Shown here: positions 9,731 through 19,162 of the stretch, piece after piece
Layout of the letters: every line of letters starts with the position of its first letter
How positions within the stretch are numbered: position 1 is the first letter of the stretch
Source: Candidatus Poribacteria bacterium
Lineage (GTDB): Bacteria; Poribacteria; WGA-4E; WGA-3G
Direction: 5' to 3'
NCBI GenBank assembly: GCA_965198235.1
Contig: OZ240248.1
Location: 2,784,001-2,848,000, forward strand
Length of the DNA: 64,000 nucleotides
The notes under the pieces: generated by a model
What the model was told of the DNA's origin: nothing
Seen by the model: the letters and a program-made list of their open reading frames with translations, nothing else
Databases searched by the model: none
Program-made: the position numbers and the translations under genes

Positions 9731-10993
9731 TTACCCGAGGGCATCGTCTACTTTGTTGATAGCAGCTGCCATCAATCGCGTGTGCTCCTCCTGCATATTC
9801 ACGTTAAACCCAAATCGTAGCGCACGACCGAGGATAGATAAAGTCTGTGGACACATATCCGGCGAGTACTCAACATCTCCTTTGTAGCGCGGATCCTTCC
9901 ACGGATACCCAGAAGCGTCTGGCGAATGTTTGAAAAGGATGGAATCCCAATAGGTATAGATATGCCGATCGGGGAAACCTTCATTATAAGCGGTGCCTGC
10001 GTTCAGTCCCTCTGCTCTGAGCGCATCGGCGTACTTTTTGGCGAGTTCCACATCACGCACGATAATCGCGGCACTAATCCCGCATTCGCCGGTCGGATCA
10101 TCTACATGTTGACGGATATAGCCTTTCGGTTCCTCAGCGAGTTCGGCGGTGAACGCTTTTTTGAGTCGGCGTGTATGTCCCAAGATGTCCTCTAACTTTG
10201 AGAGTTGCACACGTGCGATCGCGCCCAAAATTTCACTCGTTCGATAGCACTGCCGGGAAAAAGGTTTGTTCTGCCACTCAGAATCGCTCATCCACATCGG
10301 TAAGCCGGGTTCCGCTGCGAACGCTGCGCGTTCATAGACATCGTAGTCATCGCTAAAGACAAGTCCACCTTCACCACAGGAGATCACCTTGTAGTAGTTG
10401 AGACTCCACGCGCCTGCATCTCCCCACGTTCCAGCATATTTCCCTTTATATTGTCCACCGACGCACTGACAGCAATCCTCAACAACCAGGAGATTGTGCT
10501 TCTGCGCGAGTTCAACAATCCCCTCAAGCCGACACGGCACCCCTTGCATGTGTACCGGTAAGATAGCTTTCGTATGTGGTGTAATTTTCCGTTCCACATC
10601 GGCGATATCTAAACCGAGCGAATCGTCGATTTCGGCTATCACCGGAATCGCGCCTACACCGACAATAGCAGCGGCGGTTGCGATAAAGGTGTAGCCCGGA
10701 ACTATCACCTCATCCCCCGGTCCGATGCCGACCCCAGTCAGGGCGCAGATGATTGCGGAGGTGCCAGAATTTACCATCAAGGCATGCTTGGCACCGAGGT
10801 GTGCCGCTGCCTCCTTCTCAAAACTGGCTACATTTGAATCCTCAACGAACCGAAAAAGTTTCCCACTGCGCAAAACCTCAGTCACAGCATTGATCTCACG
10901 CTCATCTATCACACTGGGCCCGTGCATTCCGCCGGGTATAGAGTCTGCAATAACGGGTGTTCCGCCATCTATTGCTAAACGTGCTGACATCAT
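9731..10993 (-). CDS. DegT/DnrJ/EryC1/StrS-family PLP aminotransferase
   Basis: VNSGTSA, GDEVIVPGYTFIATA, VEDCCQ, SLNYYKVISCGEGG. Confidence 0.92.
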   Translation of the reverse strand: MMSARLAIDGGTPVIADSIPGGMHGPSVIDEREINAVTEVLRSGKLFRFVEDSNVASFEKEAAAHLGAKHALMVNSGTSAIICALTGVGIGPGDEVIVPGYTFIATAAAIVGVGAIPVIAEIDDSLGLDIADVERKITPHTKAILPVHMQGVPCRLEGIVELAQKHNLLVVEDCCQCVGGQYKGKYAGTWGDAGAWSLNYYKVISCGEGGLVFSDDYDVYERAAFAAEPGLPMWMSDSEWQNKPFSRQCYRTSEILGAIARVQLSKLEDILGHTRRLKKAFTAELAEEPKGYIRQHVDDPTGECGISAAIIVRDVELAKKYADALRAEGLNAGTAYNEGFPDRHIYTYWDSILFKHSPDASGYPWKDPRYKGDVEYSPDMCPQTLSILGRALRFGFNVNMQEEHTRLMAAAINKVDDALG

Positions 10994-11110
10994 TTCCCTC
11001 CACAAAATCTTAGAGCGTCGTTTGTAAATTCACCAAGAAAAACGCCAAATATGGTGATACTTTATCAGAAGCATCCCTTTTTGTCAATCGCGTTTCTCTT
11101 ACAATCTGTT

Positions 11111-12058
11111 CTACCTACGCCACCAACTCTTTTTACCCTGATACGACGCAAGGAGTTTTGAAAGCTCTCTCGCCTTCTTGTCCAAATGCAACACTATCTC
11201 GCACGCTTCGATCACTTTCTGTTTAGCATCCTCGTTTTGGGTAATCTGATAGGCATGGTGGTAACTCTGTGCGACAGCAGTATGATACGCCACGAGGTCT
11301 ACGTCTTCAGGGACTTCGGTCGGAAGTTGCGCAAGCATCTCAACTGCCGCGTCCCATGCCTCTGCTTCGGCATGACAGATAACTTGCTGGTAGCGTAGCT
11401 GGTGTTGCGACGGATCTAACCAATACGCCTGTTCGTAACACGTCACCGCCTCCGAATAAGCGTCATTGGCGACGTGCAACTGCGCAAGCTCCGTATAAAA
11501 AGCGGACAACCCGCTCTCTGTTATTGTATAAAGCGACACACCCGTACTGACGAGCCAGTCTCTCTCCAACAGGAAATCGATCGCTGAATTCCGCTCCTCT
11601 TCTGTGATTTGGATATCGGCGAGGAGGTGCTTGGCGACAGCAGCGTTCGGAAAAATCTTGGTGCGGCTCTTCAGCAACGGATACGCCTGAACCGCTTTAT
11701 CCATCGTGATGAGCTTAATCCCCGTAGCAATACGAAAGAGCGACACGATCTGATCGCTGTTTTTGCGGGACATCTCTTCAGCGATTGCATCCCGATTCTC
11801 TGAAAAATGCTGATTGAGTTCCTCGATTGCATCTCGGATGTTGGTGTCGCTTGGAGCGAGCTGATGTGCTTTTGCTAAAAACCGTTGCGCCGTGAAAAGT
11901 TCTCTCCATGTCCGATAGATTGTCCCCAGTCGAAAATTCGCAAGTGCAAGGGTTGACGTATCGTCAGTCGTGCTGAGGATGCTATCGTAGGCTTGGATGG
12001 CTTCCGCAAGCTTGCCTTCGGTTTCCAACGCTTGTGCATCGGCGATTAGATCTGACAT
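11111..12058 (-). CDS. Tetratricopeptide-repeat protein
   Basis: Helical A/L-rich TPR-like repeats (LANFRLGTIY, EAVTCYEQAYWLDP). Confidence 0.75.
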   Translation of the reverse strand: MSDLIADAQALETEGKLAEAIQAYDSILSTTDDTSTLALANFRLGTIYRTWRELFTAQRFLAKAHQLAPSDTNIRDAIEELNQHFSENRDAIAEEMSRKNSDQIVSLFRIATGIKLITMDKAVQAYPLLKSRTKIFPNAAVAKHLLADIQITEEERNSAIDFLLERDWLVSTGVSLYTITESGLSAFYTELAQLHVANDAYSEAVTCYEQAYWLDPSQHQLRYQQVICHAEAEAWDAAVEMLAQLPTEVPEDVDLVAYHTAVAQSYHHAYQITQNEDAKQKVIEACEIVLHLDKKARELSKLLASYQGKKSWWRR

Positions 12059-12266
12059 AAGGGGTGCTGTTCCTTAATAGAGTTCGGGATGGGTTTATTA
12101 CATCTGATTTAGTTCATTCATAAATTTTGACTGCTATTTTAGTTAAATAGAATTTGTTTGTCAAGCGATTTACTCGTGTGGTCAAGGACATCTCATTAGA
12201 TGCAGGGTTTTGGTATGAAACCTCTAATGCTCAGTGGACATCCGCTCGTTAGATGTGATACAATCG

Positions 12267-12473
12267 CTAACCCTCCGAAACCCAGTCCTCTGTCGCTTCC
12301 GCGAATTCTTTGGATAACTCCTCAGAAATCGTCTGCTCTAAGAGTTCAATCAGATCTTCACGGAATTTAACCCAATCGTCGCCACGGCGAGTAAACCGGT
12401 GCCTATCCCCAATTTCAACAAACATGGTATCGTTCGGTTCAGACAGAGACTCAAAATAACGTCTAACATTCAT
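12267..12473 (-). CDS. Small acidic hypothetical protein (68 aa)
   Basis: AAGGAG RBS, natural composition, 48 bp downstream of the HAD gene on the same strand. Confidence 0.65.
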   Translation of the reverse strand: MNVRRYFESLSEPNDTMFVEIGDRHRFTRRGDDWVKFREDLIELLEQTISEELSKEFAEATEDWVSEG

Positions 12474-12521
12474 GATGACTCTCCTTTTATTTTTTATTAA
12501 AAGTACGTATGGGAATATTAT

Positions 12522-13202
12522 TTATAACCATTCGTGCATCTCCCAACCAGATGCGAGGGCTTTCTCACGGAGTACTTTCCCCGGATTCACAACGACGGGA
12601 TTCCCAACACATTCCAACATAGGCAGATCGGATTGACTGTCGCCGTAAGCATAACTCTCTTCCAGTGAAATTCCGTGTTGTTCAGCATACGCTTGCACTG
12701 CTTTCGCCTTCTCCTCCCCGATGAGCGGCGCAGTTGTAAGTTCACCTGTGAACTGCCCGTTTTGCTCATGAAGTTGCGGTGCCAATACAGAATCAATTGC
12801 GAAGTAGTCCGCTATCGGCTGGACAATGAAATCAAGCGAACCGGTTACGAAAACTACGGTGGTGCTTTGCTCCTTGTGCTCCTGAATTTGGGATATCGCG
12901 GCAGGGAAGATCCTCGGACGAAGGTAAGCCTCGAACATTTCGACAGACAACCCCTTAATCTCAGCAACTTTCATCCCACGATAGTTACGATAAAATACCT
13001 GATTGAAACGGGGGCGACTGACTCTGTCCAAAATCAAGTAGTAAACAATCTTCGGAAGGAACCCGATGAGCCATAAGTGCTTTAGAAGGAATGGAGTTTC
13101 TTTGAACCGCATCCAGATATAGTAATGTACAATCGTGGACTTCAATAAGGTGCCATCCACATCAAAAAATGCGACTGCTTTTTTCGGGTTCGGATCCGAC
13201 AT
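12522..13202 (-). CDS. HAD-IB (SerB-like) hydrolase/phosphatase
   Basis: AFFDVDGTL, VTGS, YAYGDSQSDLPMLECVGNPVVVNP. Confidence 0.9.
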   Translation of the reverse strand: MSDPNPKKAVAFFDVDGTLLKSTIVHYYIWMRFKETPFLLKHLWLIGFLPKIVYYLILDRVSRPRFNQVFYRNYRGMKVAEIKGLSVEMFEAYLRPRIFPAAISQIQEHKEQSTTVVFVTGSLDFIVQPIADYFAIDSVLAPQLHEQNGQFTGELTTAPLIGEEKAKAVQAYAEQHGISLEESYAYGDSQSDLPMLECVGNPVVVNPGKVLREKALASGWEMHEWL

Positions 13203-13346
13203 TTTTTAATTATGTGCTCCTGAGTAAAGAAACACCGTTTTTGCTTGGGTGTTTCTTAAGCAAAAACCCTTTCACTGTGGGAGGGGTTTGTAACCCCGAT
13301 TTCTTTCAGGCGAGTTAATTCGCGACTGTGACTGGGGATCGGTTCG

Positions 13347-16300
13347 CTACTTATAAGACTGTCTCAGCATTGATCCAAGTTTTGCAACTCGATTTTGTGC
13401 CAATTCCAAGAATTCTTGGTATCTGTCAGGGTCAATTGGTGTTTTGTCTTGCTCTCCCCAATCCTTCGGTGGAAAGGTAAACGGTTCACCAAAAACGATG
13501 CGAACAGGATGTTTCTTAGGTAAGTTCCGTCCCTTCGGCAACGCGTGATAGGTACCTTCAATATAAGCCGGTATAACCGGGACGTTAGGACTGTAGATGA
13601 GCAAACTGAGTACGCCCGGTTTAAAAGGTTGAAGTTTACCATCAAGCGAACGTGTGCCTTCAGGAAAGATTAACAAGCCGTTATTTTGCGCCATTACCTC
13701 GTTCGCCGCCCTGAGATCCTGTAGAAACTCAGTAAAATTGCCCTCTCGTTCTATCGGAAGCGCGTTAAGGCACGTCTGAGCAAACCAGCCTTGTAAGCGA
13801 GTAGCAAACCAATAATCGCGTGCCGCAAGCGTCCAGAGCTGGTATGCCTTTGTTCCGAGAGCAGTAATCACCGTCAATGTATCCAGGTGACTTGTGTGAT
13901 TCGGCATAATAATATAGGGCTTGCCCTGTGGAATATGCTCAAGCCCATAGCATTTCAATGAAAAATAGTTCCGATAGATACTGGTAATCACGGTGCGGAA
14001 GGCACGCGCATACCATCGCGGCATCTGCCTGAACTTAGGTTTTCCGTCCTTGCGAAGCTCATCTCTTTCTCTCGCAGTGTCTGTAGGGAACGTCTCGATT
14101 AATTTGACTACATCACCCACTGTCTCCAAATTGGCGAGTAGCGCATCAGGAATTGTTTCACCGAGTCTGGATTCAAGAACCAACAGGAGATCAAGTCGCG
14201 TGAGTGAATCAAGCCCTAAATCGGTATCCAAACGGCTTTCCCGTTGAATCTGGTGTTCCGGCATACGTGCCAATCGTGCGAGAGTGGTGAGGATTTCTTC
14301 TGGTATGTCCGATCTTGGTTCAGCACTATCTACATCCGCAGTAGAATCCTCCTGAAGGTCTGCCATATTTTTAATATGCGCCTCCAAGCTGTGCCTTAGA
14401 CTTTGCCGATCTACACCCCCATCTGCAGTCTTTGGTAGGGCATGATCCCAAAAATGGGATTTGTGGAATTGTTGGTAACTCGGTAGCTGCTTTGCTCGCG
14501 CGTGAAGATGGTGCTGAATCTCTGCTTTTGTTGCCTCGTCGGGAGCTGTCGGCACAATCACGGCATGTATAGCCGTATCGGACCCGTCTTCATAAGGAAT
14601 GCCAAGGACACACATTTCAGAGATAGCCGAACTATCCCGGTAGAGTGCCTCCAATTCAACAGGGTAGACATTCTTTCCAGATGCGGGAACGATAATGTCC
14701 TTGCAGTGCCCAGTGAGATAGAGGTAGCCATCTGCGTCCATGTAGCCTAAGTCGCCCGTGTAGAGCCATCCATCGCGAATAGCTTTTTTTGTAGCATCCG
14801 CGTTCTGATAATAGCCTTTCATTGTACTCGGTCCCTTAGCGATAATCTCTCCGATACCATCGCTATCCGGATTCTCAATCTGAAGTTCCACACCTTCTAC
14901 CGCTGGTCCCACCGATCTCCGTTTACTTTTTAGATATGGATTGACACTGAGAACGGGTGCTGTTTCGGTCATTCCGTAGCCTTGATAAAGTGTCATCCCA
15001 AACTTCTGAAATCCGTCGTAAATCGCATCGGAGAGCGAGGCACCACCACTAACGAGAACACGAATTTCCCCACCCATGACAGCTCGTGCTTTTTCTACCA
15101 ATGTCTCACCCGGTGTGTCTACTCGCGATGCTTGTCGTTCGATGGTGCCTTGGAGCATCTGAAAAAGGCGTGGAACACCGATAAAAGCCGTAGTTTTCGC
15201 CTCACGCATTGTCTTCAGAAGCGTTGTGGGACGGAGTGCATTGACGTAAGTCGCTGTCGTGCCACTGTAAAGTGCCATCAATAAACTACACGAGAAACTC
15301 AATGCATGATACAACGGGAGTGCTGACAGGATCCGCTCCGTGTCTGTCGGTGGAAGTGCTTTTGCCACTGCTTGGACATTAGAAATAAAGCCTCCGTGCG
15401 TAAGCATTGCGCCTTTCGCTTCAACAGTAGTCCCCATTGTAAAGATAATCGAAGCAACGGTGTCTGGAGAAACTTCCACATTCGGAAAATCGGCAGGAAT
15501 CTCGGCAGTTGAGGCTTTGCTCTCCGTACCATCGACACTCACAATTTCGCAGTTCCTGTTGATGTTTTGTAACATCGTCCCTGTTGTTGATAGTGCCGCA
15601 TCGGATTTTTCTAATACACTTTCAGAGGCTAAAATCGATTTCGCAGCGGTGAACTCAGCGATTGCCGAAATTTCATGGGCAGGCGTTTGCGCGTCAAGAG
15701 GAACCACAGCGATACCTATCTGGACAGCCGCAAGGTAAGCGATACACCATTCGGGCTGGTTTTCAGAAACCAACACCACGCGGTCGTCTTTTCGCAAACC
15801 GCTTTCCCATAACTGCCACGCGACTTGGCGCGACTGGGTATACGCCTCCGCATAGGTATACTCTTCCCACCCGCTTTCGTTTGCCATCTGCAGCGCGATT
15901 CTATCCGGGATTCGCGCTGCTTGTATCTTAATCAGGTCTACAATCGTTTTTGGGGGGATTTGGTCTGGGGATAGACCGGATTTAGTCTGGGAATAGACTA
16001 AATCCGTTCCTTGTATTACATTTCCATTCCTTGTATCATATTTCCATTCAGGTGCCGTAGCCGACTCCTCGGATTCATCTTGCGAGCTCGCCTTCTCCTG
16101 TTTTGTGGAAGAAGATGCTTCTGTATCGTCTGCCGTGTCATCTTCAATCTTCAAAACATGTCTCTTTATGCCGGGGATATGAATCTCTTGAAAATACCGC
16201 TTCCAGTGGATCCGTGAAACATCGAAGTTAAAACGCTGCTGTTCTGTAGGTGAAAGCGCGTCGTAAAGCCCTTGCGTCTTCTCCGTTTCAAATTCAAAGT

Positions 16301-17729
16301 TAGTTCGCGTATAAGGTGCGTAGATTCTAATGTAATGCAGGAGTGCTTTGATACCACTCTGCTTCAGGACAAGATGGCGGCGTTTCCGCTTGGCGGCACG
16401 TATCGGAAGCTTGCCGAGTGTCTGAACGGCAAGGTCAACCAGACGCATACGACTATCCAATTTCCGCTGAAATTCTTCTAAACTCGGATATTTCCAGATA
16501 GGCACCGCAATCGGTTTTCCATCCTCCAACATTGGATATTTCACAAAATATTCGTAGGTTGCCTCAAAGATACCTCGAAAATAGAGCGGGTTCTGCGTCC
16601 CTGTCGTGACATGATACACCTCAATACCACCGCGTCTTGCTGTCGCCTCAGCGGCTGCCAAGATAGCATTCACTACAAAATCGACGGGAATAATATCAAG
16701 AATTATATCCGGATCTGCCGGAAAATCCGGGAGTCGCCCTTTCCCAAAACCGACGATCAAAGGTTCGGACATCCGAAACTTACCAAGCCATCCGGGTTCA
16801 GGCTCATCAAAACTACTCTCAATAATTGAGGGGCGCACGATAGCAGTAGGCAGTTCACCGCGCAATTCCATAATCATCTGCTCAGCGAGGAATTTCATAT
16901 AGGTGTAAGTATCGTTCCACCCGCGCGAGCGTGCGTGCTTCAACCCTTCCTCAACCAAGCGTTCCTCAAGCCATTCTGCCTTCAGTTCTTCGACTTGTGC
17001 TTCAAGTCCTTTACGTGTCCCTTTTATCTGCGCCTCCGCTTCTCGCTGAAAGTTAGCGAGATTTTCAGGTAACTCAACTTCAGCACGGATAGCGGCACTT
17101 AGAGAAAGCAACCCTTCGATTTCCTCAGAAAGCGTTCCCGGGATAGCAATTCCTGTCTTTTCGCGATGTTGTGTTGCGTAGTGTTCATAGGGTAGTGGAA
17201 GTTCTTCAGGCACACGTCCCGGTTTGTCGCCACAAACATACGCCGTTGAGACATGGAGAAACACGGCATCCTGACAACCCCTTGCAAAGTTGACAACATG
17301 TTTAGCGGCAAGGGCATTCCCCCACAAAGAATCATCGAAAGGTGGATCAAAATCCACAAGACCCGCGATATTAATAAAGACTTGGACTTCGTTCTGGAGT
17401 CTTTGGTATTTCGCATCGCTGAATCCAAGATGCTCGTGAGTGAGATCCCCTTCAACAGCCATCAGTTTCTGCTGTGCCCATGCCTCAAAATTTTCGCCGT
17501 GTAGCCGACGAAGAGATGCAAAAACATCTGAGGTGAGAAGTTCATTTTCTAAGCGTTCTTGAGCGGAAGTGTGCTTCCCAGTGGTATCGGTGCGGCTCCG
17601 AATGAGAAGATAAATTTTTTGGATATCGGGAAGTGCAGTTAAAATTTTTGCGACCATCGGTTGCCCCAAAAATGCGGTGCCACCGGTAATGAGCAGAACT
17701 TTTCCCCGAAAAAAATCAGTTATTGACAT
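13347..17729 (-). CDS. Multidomain fatty acyl reductase - AMP-binding - ACP - acyltransferase (ElbD-like)
   Basis: ITGGTAFLG and YTYMK (FAR), YGMTE and TGDLG (adenylation), LGLDSL (ACP), NHTSHLD and FPEGTRS (PlsC-type acyltransferase). Confidence 0.9.
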   Translation of the reverse strand: MSITDFFRGKVLLITGGTAFLGQPMVAKILTALPDIQKIYLLIRSRTDTTGKHTSAQERLENELLTSDVFASLRRLHGENFEAWAQQKLMAVEGDLTHEHLGFSDAKYQRLQNEVQVFINIAGLVDFDPPFDDSLWGNALAAKHVVNFARGCQDAVFLHVSTAYVCGDKPGRVPEELPLPYEHYATQHREKTGIAIPGTLSEEIEGLLSLSAAIRAEVELPENLANFQREAEAQIKGTRKGLEAQVEELKAEWLEERLVEEGLKHARSRGWNDTYTYMKFLAEQMIMELRGELPTAIVRPSIIESSFDEPEPGWLGKFRMSEPLIVGFGKGRLPDFPADPDIILDIIPVDFVVNAILAAAEATARRGGIEVYHVTTGTQNPLYFRGIFEATYEYFVKYPMLEDGKPIAVPIWKYPSLEEFQRKLDSRMRLVDLAVQTLGKLPIRAAKRKRRHLVLKQSGIKALLHYIRIYAPYTRTNFEFETEKTQGLYDALSPTEQQRFNFDVSRIHWKRYFQEIHIPGIKRHVLKIEDDTADDTEASSSTKQEKASSQDESEESATAPEWKYDTRNGNVIQGTDLVYSQTKSGLSPDQIPPKTIVDLIKIQAARIPDRIALQMANESGWEEYTYAEAYTQSRQVAWQLWESGLRKDDRVVLVSENQPEWCIAYLAAVQIGIAVVPLDAQTPAHEISAIAEFTAAKSILASESVLEKSDAALSTTGTMLQNINRNCEIVSVDGTESKASTAEIPADFPNVEVSPDTVASIIFTMGTTVEAKGAMLTHGGFISNVQAVAKALPPTDTERILSALPLYHALSFSCSLLMALYSGTTATYVNALRPTTLLKTMREAKTTAFIGVPRLFQMLQGTIERQASRVDTPGETLVEKARAVMGGEIRVLVSGGASLSDAIYDGFQKFGMTLYQGYGMTETAPVLSVNPYLKSKRRSVGPAVEGVELQIENPDSDGIGEIIAKGPSTMKGYYQNADATKKAIRDGWLYTGDLGYMDADGYLYLTGHCKDIIVPASGKNVYPVELEALYRDSSAISEMCVLGIPYEDGSDTAIHAVIVPTAPDEATKAEIQHHLHARAKQLPSYQQFHKSHFWDHALPKTADGGVDRQSLRHSLEAHIKNMADLQEDSTADVDSAEPRSDIPEEILTTLARLARMPEHQIQRESRLDTDLGLDSLTRLDLLLVLESRLGETIPDALLANLETVGDVVKLIETFPTDTARERDELRKDGKPKFRQMPRWYARAFRTVITSIYRNYFSLKCYGLEHIPQGKPYIIMPNHTSHLDTLTVITALGTKAYQLWTLAARDYWFATRLQGWFAQTCLNALPIEREGNFTEFLQDLRAANEVMAQNNGLLIFPEGTRSLDGKLQPFKPGVLSLLIYSPNVPVIPAYIEGTYHALPKGRNLPKKHPVRIVFGEPFTFPPKDWGEQDKTPIDPDRYQEFLELAQNRVAKLGSMLRQSYK

Positions 17730-17920
17730 AATTCTCTTTTCTGTGTCATGATAGATATTTGAACATATTGCACGAGGTCCTCACGCCTTGCATTGTTCTC
17801 AACTTATATTCGTGAATTTCGTCTAATCTTTCGGTAAATCACCCAAAACGCAACTTACAAGCCAAAACATCCTATTAAAAATAACACATTTTCTATAAAA
17901 AGTCAAAGGCTGAATAGATA

Positions 17921-19120
17921 ATGCTACCAGAAAAAGAAAAGTTACAATTTTTGCAAAAGACGGAACTTTTTGCAGAACTCCCACAAACTGAGCTAAAAGC
18001 GATCTGTCATATTGCAAACGAAGTCGCTTATCCAGCCTATTCAACGCTATTTGAGGAGGGGGATGAAGGCGATTCGCTCTACTTATTGGTCGATGGTGAA
18101 GTCAGCATCATCAAGGCAGGAACAGAAGTATTGTTCTTCAATGAGAAAGGTTACTGTCTCGGAGAAATCGCCCTGATTGACAACAAACCGCGGAGCGCCA
18201 CGGTTAAAACGGTGAAGCCGACCCAATTTCTGAGAATCACGAGGAACGACTTTTACAACGCTATGGCACGAGAACCGCGAATTGGTAGTGGGATGTTCCG
18301 AGTCTTAAACGACAAAATCCGACGCGACCTTGAGATTCAGATGAGTGCTATCCGTAAGGATATCGCACAAGAAGAATCAATGCGTCTTGCCGCTGAAGTC
18401 CAAAAATCTCTGCTCCCGAATAAAGAAATCGCGCATCCATGTGTCAGTTCCGCCGGATATTGCAGACCCGCAAATAGCGTCGGGGGCGACTATTACGACT
18501 ATATGGAACTCTCAGATAACCGCGTTGCCATTTTCCTCGGTGATGTCATGGGACACGGCTATCATTCGGCGATGGTAGCAGCGATGACGAAGAGTTGCTT
18601 GCAAACACAGATCCGCTTTGACGCTTCCGTGCCGGAAGTCATGAGTGCCATTACCCGTGTCACAGAAGAGGATGCACAAGCCTTTATCTACATGACCTGT
18701 TGTTATCTTATCATTCACCCAGACAATCGGTTGGAGTTCGCCAATGCCGGTCATCCAGAGATGCTTCTCTATCGCGCTGGGCAGAACGGTGACAACAGTG
18801 AGAACGACGACCTACTTGAGTTAAAGTCCTCGTTTCTGCCGGTCGGTATCTCAATGTTAGACACACCGACGCAATATTACAGTACCGAAGTCGAGTGGGC
18901 CCCCGGTGATCTGTTAGTACTTTATTCAGATGGGATCACAGAAGCGTTCAATCCTAACTCGGAAATGTATGGATTGGAGCGTTTTAAAGCACTCATTTCA
19001 CAAAAACGTCATCTGTCCCCCGAAGAGATAAAGGCAGAGATTCTGTCTGACCTTCAGGCACATCAACAGGACGAAAGCACCAATGATGACATTACACTGG
19101 TTGTGGCGAAGTTCTTATAA
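17921..19120 (+). CDS. cNMP-binding domain + PP2C/SpoIIE phosphatase (RsbU-like)
   Basis: GEIALIDNKPRSATV; VGGDYYD, GDVMGHG, NAGH, YSDGITEA, DDIT. Confidence 0.92.
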   Translation: MLPEKEKLQFLQKTELFAELPQTELKAICHIANEVAYPAYSTLFEEGDEGDSLYLLVDGEVSIIKAGTEVLFFNEKGYCLGEIALIDNKPRSATVKTVKPTQFLRITRNDFYNAMAREPRIGSGMFRVLNDKIRRDLEIQMSAIRKDIAQEESMRLAAEVQKSLLPNKEIAHPCVSSAGYCRPANSVGGDYYDYMELSDNRVAIFLGDVMGHGYHSAMVAAMTKSCLQTQIRFDASVPEVMSAITRVTEEDAQAFIYMTCCYLIIHPDNRLEFANAGHPEMLLYRAGQNGDNSENDDLLELKSSFLPVGISMLDTPTQYYSTEVEWAPGDLLVLYSDGITEAFNPNSEMYGLERFKALISQKRHLSPEEIKAEILSDLQAHQQDESTNDDITLVVAKFL

Positions 19121-19162
19121 TTGTCTTGAATTTTCAAAGATTTCTTAATGGTTTTCACCGTC

